Below the pieces are notes generated by a model. It made no database searches, had not been told where the DNA came from, and saw only the letters and a program-made list of their open reading frames with translations. From Candidatus Bathyarchaeia archaeon (GTDB taxonomy: Archaea; Thermoproteota; Bathyarchaeia; Bathyarchaeales; Bathycorpusculaceae), in contig JAVZNE010000005.1 in NCBI GenBank assembly GCA_038882975.1, positions 35,624 through 99,623 on the forward strand: a stretch of DNA of 64,000 nucleotides, in the 5' to 3' direction. The translations under genes were made by a program, and so were the position numbers. Of this stretch, positions 57,351-64,000 are shown piece after piece (the first letter of the stretch is position 1; each line of letters begins with the position of its first letter).

Positions 57351-58805
57351 TTATCTCTGCACAGTCTTTATGAGCTTTCCTTCACTGTTATAAATTTCAA
57401 CGGTCAGTGGCAGTTGCCCAACAGCGAAGTGAGTGGCACATCCAAAGCACGGGTCATAAGCCCTAAAAGCCATCTCCACCATGTTAAGCAAGCCCTGATC
57501 CACTTTGCCTCCATGAATCAAGCCCTTGGCAGCATTCCGAACAGACATGTTAATCGAAGGCGCATTATTAACAGTAGCCACAATCAGATTGACATCCTTA
57601 ATTAAGGCGTTCTCGTCCAAAACATAATGGTGAATTAGCGTACCCCGGGCAGCTTCGACAACCCCGACGCCTTCGCCTGGTTTACCAGGCTTATTCCGCA
57701 CATTAGTGCTTGTTATTTCTGGGTCTTTGACAAGCTCAACAGCCCTTTCAGCCGCATACAACAATTCAATAAGCCTAGCCCAATGATAAGCCAGAGTGGA
57801 GTGTACTGGTTTTCCGCCAAGCGTCTTATACATTAATTCATATTCTTCTTGGGCTAATGGTGTAGCCATACCATCAGCAGCATCAAGCCTCCCCAAAGGA
57901 CCAACACGGTAAATGCCACTGTCAGGACCGTCAACAAAGCCCTTCCAGCCAACCTTTTTCAAGTACGGCTGTTTCACATAGGTCCATGGCTCCACATGCT
58001 CAGCAATGTGCTCTAAATAATCCTTAGCCTCAAACTTTGCAAACTCTTTGCCGTTTGGGTCTACAACCCGTATTTTTCCGTCGTAAAAGTTCACTTTATT
58101 GTGTTCGTCCACCAAACCCATATAGTAAGTGCGCAGGGTGTATGCGTCACTTTTGATCAGTTCCACGTACTTGGTGTTCTTCAAAACAATGTCGTGGAAA
58201 AGCTTCAAGGAAAACTTTGCAAACTCAACAGCGGAAGTCACCATTTTCTCAATTTCTTGGCGGTTCTCCTCGCTCAAAGGCTTAGATACGCCACCCGGCA
58301 ACCCGCAGACCGGGTGAGTGGCTTTTCCACCTATCAGCTCCACTATTCTTTGCCCATAAGCCCTATGCTTAATGACTTCCTTGGCAACGTCCAAGCCAGC
58401 CTTCTCAATAACGCCCAGAATATTACGCTTTTCCGGCGGTGCGTCCGGACCAACAACAAAGTCTGGACCGCCCAGATAGTAAAAGTGTAGTGTGTGGTCG
58501 TAAATGTAGTAGCCACAATACATTAGCTCGCGGAGTTTTTTGGCTGCTGATGGCGGCTCAACATTGAAAGCAGCGTCCAAAGCTTTTGTTCCAGCCATGT
58601 GATGCGCTACTGGACAGACGCCGCAAATTCTGCTGGTAAGAAGCGGCATGTCCTCAGCTTTCCGCCCAATACAGAACTTTTCAAAGCCGCGCAGTTCCGG
58701 AATTTGGAGGTAGGCGTTTTCCACCTCTCCGGCATCGTTTAGGAATATGGCTATTTTACCGTGACCCTCAAGCCTTGTTATGGGGTCAATTATTATCTCT
58801 TTCAT
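57351..58805 (-). CDS. mvhA: [NiFe]-hydrogenase large subunit (group 3c type)
   Basis: TRLEGHG, RICGVC (L1), RAYDPCFGCATH (L2) with cleavable tail. Confidence 0.93.
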   Translation of the reverse strand: MKEIIIDPITRLEGHGKIAIFLNDAGEVENAYLQIPELRGFEKFCIGRKAEDMPLLTSRICGVCPVAHHMAGTKALDAAFNVEPPSAAKKLRELMYCGYYIYDHTLHFYYLGGPDFVVGPDAPPEKRNILGVIEKAGLDVAKEVIKHRAYGQRIVELIGGKATHPVCGLPGGVSKPLSEENRQEIEKMVTSAVEFAKFSLKLFHDIVLKNTKYVELIKSDAYTLRTYYMGLVDEHNKVNFYDGKIRVVDPNGKEFAKFEAKDYLEHIAEHVEPWTYVKQPYLKKVGWKGFVDGPDSGIYRVGPLGRLDAADGMATPLAQEEYELMYKTLGGKPVHSTLAYHWARLIELLYAAERAVELVKDPEITSTNVRNKPGKPGEGVGVVEAARGTLIHHYVLDENALIKDVNLIVATVNNAPSINMSVRNAAKGLIHGGKVDQGLLNMVEMAFRAYDPCFGCATHFAVGQLPLTVEIYNSEGKLIKTVQR

Positions 58806-59785
58806 GGACGCATCACCTTCCTCCGCAAAATTGAGGCTGGTAAACCATACATGTAGAAGGTTCCAACTGGGTCCTTAATCTGGTCTATAAGCTTTTGAAC
58901 CTCTTCCTCGGTGTATTTCTCCTTCTCCTCCTCTAAGCCGAGAATTGAGGCTAAAGCGCTTATCATGGCGGCGCCTTGCTCCGGAGCATTTGGACATGGC
59001 CCGCCACAACCGGTGCAGGGCATGTCAGCCTTTAGGCATCTGGCGCTACAGCCTCCCCTTGTGGCTGGTCCCATACATATAATGCCTTGCTCAAGTAGGC
59101 ACTTTTCCGGATCTGGAACCTTCTCGTAGACGCGGTATATCCGTGATATCTTCTTGTTCTCCTTCTTTTTGGGGCACTCGTCGCAAACAGATTTTAGCGG
59201 TGCTAGAACAGAGCCTTTTGGCGGAAGCCCGCCTTTAGCAATGGCTTCTAAAGCGAATATTGTGCGCTCCACCGCTGGCGGACAACCCGGCACATAATAG
59301 TCAACATCCACAGTCTGGTCTAGGGTCCTCACAGTGTCGTAAAATTCTGGAATTTCCAGTTCACCTTCTTTAACATGCACTTTAGGCTGTGGGAAAACTT
59401 TGTTGGGGTTGTCCGTTGAGAATGTTCTGGCGTAAACTTTTTCGAAGATTTCCTCTTTATTATGGAGGTTAGCCAGCCCGGGAACGCCGCCAAGATGGGC
59501 ACAAGCACCGTAGGCCACAAGAATCTTTGACTTCTGCCTTAACAGTTTCGCCATATACTCCTGTTCGCTGTTTCGGATTCCACCATTAAAGAAGCAAACA
59601 TCAATGTATTTGTCTGGCATGGCTTCAACATCTTTATACTTTATGTCCATGGCAACCGGCCAAAAGACAATGTCCGCTATTTGCACCACATCCAAGATTT
59701 TCTCGTTGATGTCCAGAACGGCGATTTCGCAACCGCCACAACTTGCCGCCCAGTAAAAGGCGAACTTCAATTTTTGTTTCGCCAT
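58802..59785 (-). CDS. mvhG: [NiFe]-hydrogenase small subunit
   Basis: SCGGC, GACA..GG, PGCPP, VCDECP, CLLEQG..CMGP. Confidence 0.93.
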   Translation of the reverse strand: MAKQKLKFAFYWAASCGGCEIAVLDINEKILDVVQIADIVFWPVAMDIKYKDVEAMPDKYIDVCFFNGGIRNSEQEYMAKLLRQKSKILVAYGACAHLGGVPGLANLHNKEEIFEKVYARTFSTDNPNKVFPQPKVHVKEGELEIPEFYDTVRTLDQTVDVDYYVPGCPPAVERTIFALEAIAKGGLPPKGSVLAPLKSVCDECPKKKENKKISRIYRVYEKVPDPEKCLLEQGIICMGPATRGGCSARCLKADMPCTGCGGPCPNAPEQGAAMISALASILGLEEEKEKYTEEEVQKLIDQIKDPVGTFYMYGLPASILRRKVMRP

Positions 59786-59798
59786 ACGCATCTCCCAC

Positions 59799-60677
59799 CT
59801 ACTTAATTTGGCTCAATAATTCTGTTGGTTTTACCCTAAGCTCGTTTATGGCTAGCTCTTCAGGTGAGAAGCCCATGGCTAAGCCTAAAAGCTGTGGGTA
59901 GTGAAGGACTGGCATGTTGAATTTTTCGTTGAAGGCTCTTTCTATGCGGGGCTGGTTTAGGTCAAACATTATGTGGCAGAAGGGACAAACAGTGATAAGC
60001 GCTTGGGCACCCACAGCCCGCACGTGGTCAAGTTTCTCCTTAGCCATCTGGAAGGGAACATCCTCATTAACGCCTATTATTGGGTTTCCGCAGCATTCAG
60101 TCTCATCCATATAGTCTAGGCATTCGGCGCCCGTCAGCCTAATCAGCTCCTTAAGGGTTATTGGGTTTTCAGGGTCGTCTCGCCCCACATATTTTCTTGG
60201 TCTTAAAACGTGGCATCCGCTGTGTTGGGCTACACGGATACCAACCAAAGGCTTTTTGACGGCGTTCTTTATCTTCTCGTATCCCACGTCCTCTGAAAGC
60301 ACGTAGATTAGGTGTTTAACTTCTATTGTGCCCTTAAACTCCATGCCAACCTCTTTCAAATAACCATTAATCTTCTCCCGGAGCTTCTTGTCCTCTTTTA
60401 GGATTTTGTTGGTTTCGTTCAAGCTACAGAAGCAACCGTTACAAAGCGTCATTATTGGTAAGCCCACCTTTTCCGCTATACAAAGGTTTCTCGCCGCAAG
60501 TGTCAACATTAAGTCGTGGTTTATAACGTCCATCGGGTAGCCGCAGCAGTTGTATTCTGGCATTTCAACAATTTCCACATCGAGTTTGGCGAGAACTTTT
60601 CTGGCGGATATCTCATAGCTTGAAAGCCTATAGGGGATTACACAGCCTGGAAACAACAAGTATTTGGGGTTACTCAT
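59799..60677 (-). CDS. hdrB: Heterodisulfide reductase subunit B
   Basis: FPGC, NCCG, CNGC, HSGCH, ECCG, CPFC, HYPQLLGLAMG. Confidence 0.95.
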   Translation of the reverse strand: MSNPKYLLFPGCVIPYRLSSYEISARKVLAKLDVEIVEMPEYNCCGYPMDVINHDLMLTLAARNLCIAEKVGLPIMTLCNGCFCSLNETNKILKEDKKLREKINGYLKEVGMEFKGTIEVKHLIYVLSEDVGYEKIKNAVKKPLVGIRVAQHSGCHVLRPRKYVGRDDPENPITLKELIRLTGAECLDYMDETECCGNPIIGVNEDVPFQMAKEKLDHVRAVGAQALITVCPFCHIMFDLNQPRIERAFNEKFNMPVLHYPQLLGLAMGFSPEELAINELRVKPTELLSQIK

Positions 60678-61243
60678 TTACTCTCCACCTTCGCGAAAGT
60701 TTGAATCTTCTCAAGCAAACCCGCAGAACCAGTAACCTCAAAAATCTTCATAACATCTTTCACGTTTGGCTTTGGCAGCGGCGGAAGCCCCTGCTCAACC
60801 CGTTTTTGAAGCCTTGACTCCGGAATCTCGTAGACAAAGCCGCCTTTCATTAGGTTTGTGGCTAGCTCCTTGTAAACCAGTGGAAGAAGGTTTTTGTCTG
60901 CCACCGCCATGTTCCGCAAAACTCGGACTATGCCGGCTATTTCAACGCCTTGGGGACAGTGGTCTACGCATGTGAAGCATGATGAGCAGAGCCATAAGGC
61001 TTTATCCAGCAAAAGCCTATCTTTTAAGCCTAGCTGAACCATGCGGGCTATTCGGCGCGGTCTGTAAAACTCGCTGAATCTGGCGATGGGGCAGTCGGCT
61101 GTGCATGTTCCACATTGGAAGCAAACCATCACCTTTTCTGCGCCGTGTATTTTGCTCATTTTATACTTGAACTTTGGGTCAAGCTCCTCAGCCTTAATCA
61201 CTGGCGGAACGTATTCGCGGGCTTCACTTTTTGTTTCGCTCAC
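60674..61243 (-). CDS. hdrC: Heterodisulfide reductase subunit C
   Basis: [12 protein letters not shown]; [14 protein letters not shown]. Confidence 0.95.
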   Translation of the reverse strand: MSETKSEAREYVPPVIKAEELDPKFKYKMSKIHGAEKVMVCFQCGTCTADCPIARFSEFYRPRRIARMVQLGLKDRLLLDKALWLCSSCFTCVDHCPQGVEIAGIVRVLRNMAVADKNLLPLVYKELATNLMKGGFVYEIPESRLQKRVEQGLPPLPKPNVKDVMKIFEVTGSAGLLEKIQTFAKVESK

Positions 61244-61680
61244 TTCTTCTCCTCCTCCATTTTTAACGGGTTTGGACCAAGCTTTCTAATCTGTTCAACC
61301 ATGTCTCGGACTACGGCTGCGAATTTGTCTCCCTCGCTGGCGGAGACCCATTCCAGCCGCACACGTTCGGGTTCTATCCCAAAATCTTTAAGCACCTTCT
61401 TTAATAGCATTACCCTTCTCAAAGCCTTAAAATTACCACTAAGATAGTGGCAGTCGGAGGGCAAGTGGCAGCCAGCCACCAACACGCCGTCAGCACCGTT
61501 TTTTAAAGCCTCAAGGATGAAGGCTGGGTCTATTCTGCCGCTGCACATGACGCGGATAACTCGGATGTTTGGTGGGTATTGGATGCGGCTTACACCAGCC
61601 AAGTCAGCGCCTGCATAGGCACACCAGTTGCATAGGAAGCCAACAATTTTCGGTTCAAAATCTTTTTGGGCTTCGCTCAT
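61240..61680 (-). CDS. mvhD: Methyl-viologen-reducing hydrogenase delta subunit
   Basis: [34 protein letters not shown]. Confidence 0.96.
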   Translation of the reverse strand: MSEAQKDFEPKIVGFLCNWCAYAGADLAGVSRIQYPPNIRVIRVMCSGRIDPAFILEALKNGADGVLVAGCHLPSDCHYLSGNFKALRRVMLLKKVLKDFGIEPERVRLEWVSASEGDKFAAVVRDMVEQIRKLGPNPLKMEEEKK

Positions 61681-64000
61681 TTGGCCGCCACCTCCATCTC
61701 CTTCAACACTGCCCTAACTTGGGCTAGAATTTCCTCGGTTGTGAAGTGTCCAAGGGTTATGGCCTTCGTTGGGCATGCTGTTCCGCAGACTCCACAGCCC
61801 TTGCATAGGGCTTCAATCACGTGTGCGACTGTTTTGCCTTCCTTTTCCAGCATTTCAATCGCGCCGTAGGAGCATAGAAATTCACAGATTCTGCATCCAC
61901 TACATAAATCTTCATCCACGCTTGCCACAATTCCTTCCATTTCAAGGGCTTTCTTCGACAGTATTGTAGCTGCTCGTGCCGCGGCTGCACATGCTTGGGA
62001 GATGCTCTCTTCAATGAATTTTGGTGAGTGAGCCATTCCGCATAGGAAAACGCCGTCTGTTTGAAAGTCCACTGGGCGAAGCTTCATGTGAGCCTCTAGG
62101 AAGAAGCCATCCTTCGTCAGCGGCACTTTTAGCATTTCGGCTATGCGCTTGTTGTCTGGATTCGGAATTGTTGCGGCACTTAAAACAACGTAGTCTGGCT
62201 CTATCTGGACTTCCTGCTTTAGCACTGGCTCGTAGAAGGATACTTTCAGCTTTCCGCCTTCGTTTGTGACCTTTGGTTTTCTCTCATCAGAATAGTTTAT
62301 GAAGATAACTCCCTTGGCTGCGGCTTCGCGGTAATACTCCTCCTTAAAACCGTAACTTCTAACATCCTTGTATAGGATATAGACATCAGCGTCTGGGTTA
62401 AGCTCCTTAATTTTCAACGCGTTTTTAATAGCTTGTCCACAACATATCCGCGCGCAGTTTGGGTGCTCCTCGTTTCTCGCGCCAACACACTGAATCATAA
62501 CAACCTTTTTGGCTTTGAATTCGCCTCTGGCTATTTTCTCCTCCAACTCATGCTGGGTCATGACTCGGGAGTCTTCACCATACAAGTACTCTTTTGGCTT
62601 ATACTCAACAGCGCCGGTTGCAACAATAACTACGCCGTGCTCCACCTCTTTTTCCTCGCCGCTGCTCAGCCTTATCTTTGATTTGAAGTTGCCGACAAAA
62701 CCGCTTACTTCGACAACTTCTGCGCCCAAATAGACGTGGATAAGCTTGTTCTCCATAACAGCCTCAACAAGCCTCTTCAAGTGCTCTTGCGGGTCTTCGC
62801 TATCAAGCAAGTAAAAGATTTTCCTTAGGTGTCCGCCAAGCTCTTTCTCGCGTTCTACTAGGTGGACTTCGAAGCCTTGATTGGCTAGTTCCAGTGCTGC
62901 AGTCATCCCTGAAACGCCGCCACCGATAACGAGAGCCACTGGGGTAACGTTGACTGTTGGATTCTTCAATGGTTTCAGCAGCCTTGCCTTAGCGACGACT
63001 GAGCGGACAAGGTCTTTAGCTTTTTCTGTAGCCTCTTCTGGCTCGTGCATGTGAACCCAGCTGCACTGGTCGCGGATGTTTGCCATCTCAAAAAGGTAGG
63101 GGTTTAAGCCAGCCTCGCGGACGGTTTCACGGAAAAGCGGCTCGTGGGTTCTGGGCGTGCATGAAGCCACAACAACACGGTTTAAGTTGTACTCCTTAAT
63201 CTTCTCCCTAATCCGCTTCTGGGTGTCATCCGAACAGGTGTAAAGGTTGTCTTCAGCATAAACAACGTTTGGAAGCTTCTTGGCATATTCAACAACTTCT
63301 GGAACCCGCACTATGCCGCCGATGTTTATGCCACAGTGGCATATGAAAACTCCTATTCGGGGTTCTTCTTGGCTTACGTCCTTTTCAGGCGGATACTCCT
63401 TAACGGTGATTAGCTTGCCCCGTTCCGGAGCGATTATTGCCATGGCTTTTGCCGCAGCGCCACTTGCCTGAGCAACGCTTTCTGGAATATCTTTCGGCGA
63501 GCTGAAGGCTCCGCAAACATATATGCCGGGCTTTGATGTTTCTAAGGGCGTGAAGATGTTGGTTTCGCAGAAGCGGTATTTGTTAAGCTTTATGCCTAAA
63601 GCTTTGGCTAGTTTCTCCACGTCCTTTGGCGGCTGCATGCCAGTGGAAAGCACAACCATGTCAAACTCTTCAATTCTAGGAGTTTCATCCTCGCCAACAT
63701 AGTGGACAAGCAAGTTTCCAGTCGCTGGGTCTTCGGTTATGCTTGCAACCCTTGAGCGCACAAATCTTATGCCATACTCTTCCTGGGCACGCTTATAGTA
63801 GGCGTCAAACTCTTTCCCATAAGCCCTAATGTCCATGTAGAAAATTGTGCAGTCCAGCTTTGTCGGCACATGCTCCTTGGCTATGATGGCTTCCTTAATG
63901 CTATACATACAACAAGCGGCAGAACAATAATTGTTCCCAAGCTGAGCATCCCGCGAACCAACGCATTGAACGAAGGCAATTTTTCGCGGAATCTCGCCGT
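61677..64000 (-). CDS. hdrA: Large (tandem-domain) heterodisulfide reductase subunit A; 5' end outside window
   Basis: Frame open to window end; [40 protein letters not shown], two C-terminal 4Fe-4S motifs. Confidence 0.93.
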   Translation of the reverse strand, partial: GEIPRKIAFVQCVGSRDAQLGNNYCSAACCMYSIKEAIIAKEHVPTKLDCTIFYMDIRAYGKEFDAYYKRAQEEYGIRFVRSRVASITEDPATGNLLVHYVGEDETPRIEEFDMVVLSTGMQPPKDVEKLAKALGIKLNKYRFCETNIFTPLETSKPGIYVCGAFSSPKDIPESVAQASGAAAKAMAIIAPERGKLITVKEYPPEKDVSQEEPRIGVFICHCGINIGGIVRVPEVVEYAKKLPNVVYAEDNLYTCSDDTQKRIREKIKEYNLNRVVVASCTPRTHEPLFRETVREAGLNPYLFEMANIRDQCSWVHMHEPEEATEKAKDLVRSVVAKARLLKPLKNPTVNVTPVALVIGGGVSGMTAALELANQGFEVHLVEREKELGGHLRKIFYLLDSEDPQEHLKRLVEAVMENKLIHVYLGAEVVEVSGFVGNFKSKIRLSSGEEKEVEHGVVIVATGAVEYKPKEYLYGEDSRVMTQHELEEKIARGEFKAKKVVMIQCVGARNEEHPNCARICCGQAIKNALKIKELNPDADVYILYKDVRSYGFKEEYYREAAAKGVIFINYSDERKPKVTNEGGKLKVSFYEPVLKQEVQIEPDYVVLSAATIPNPDNKRIAEMLKVPLTKDGFFLEAHMKLRPVDFQTDGVFLCGMAHSPKFIEESISQACAAAARAATILSKKALEMEGIVASVDEDLCSGCRICEFLCSYGAIEMLEKEGKTVAHVIEALCKGCGVCGTACPTKAITLGHFTTEEILAQVRAVLKEMEVAAK

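Noticed and set aside
2362-63471. Numerous 60-160-aa antisense or alternate-frame ORFs in the track (e.g. 33891-34358, 37327-37800, 51832-52317)
   Set aside because: Shadows of well-supported genes, with no motifs or RBS support
57351-64000. Selenocysteine recoding in Mvh/Hdr subunits
   Set aside because: The visible metal-ligand positions are Cys codons and the frames have no internal TGA
59799-64000. HdrABC-Mvh as evidence of methanogenesis
   Set aside because: No mcr or mtr genes in the window; Hdr-Mvh is widespread in non-methanogens
1-64000. CRISPR array, rRNA or IS transposase
   Set aside because: No regularly spaced repeats, rRNA-like sequence or transposase motifs found by eye

Overview
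This is archaeal genomic DNA, most likely Bathyarchaeia. That assignment is an inference from the paired EF-2 paralogs, NosD/PEF-CTERM surface proteins, Zn-ribbon tyrosine integrase, GGTGA/GGAGG ribosome-binding sites and frequent TTG starts. The window has five blocks. (1) 1-14 kb: housekeeping genes (purE, purC, purP-like, RIO-type kinase, two head-to-head EF-2 paralogs, OGG1-type glycosylase, tRNA-Ile2(CAU)). (2) About 14.1-31.5 kb: an integrase-led island, possibly bounded by a 15/16-bp direct repeat inside the 5' end of an isochorismatase-family gene. It has a ParB/AbrB/wHTH backbone and AT-rich cargo of modular surface proteins, including a surface-anchored beta-helix-SH3b-NlpC/P60 putative peptidoglycan hydrolase and a TasA/Abp-like pilin candidate. 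(3) 32-51.5 kb: a methylmalonyl-CoA/biotin-carboxylase cluster with a soluble thiol:fumarate reductase and AOR. (4) 51.7-56.7 kb: an operon of a SipW-like peptidase and four TasA-like secreted proteins, behind a long structured leader. (5) 56.8-64 kb: a hdrA-mvhD-hdrCB-mvhGA-hycI operon, with hdrA truncated by the window edge. All calls come from motif reading only; no database searches were run.
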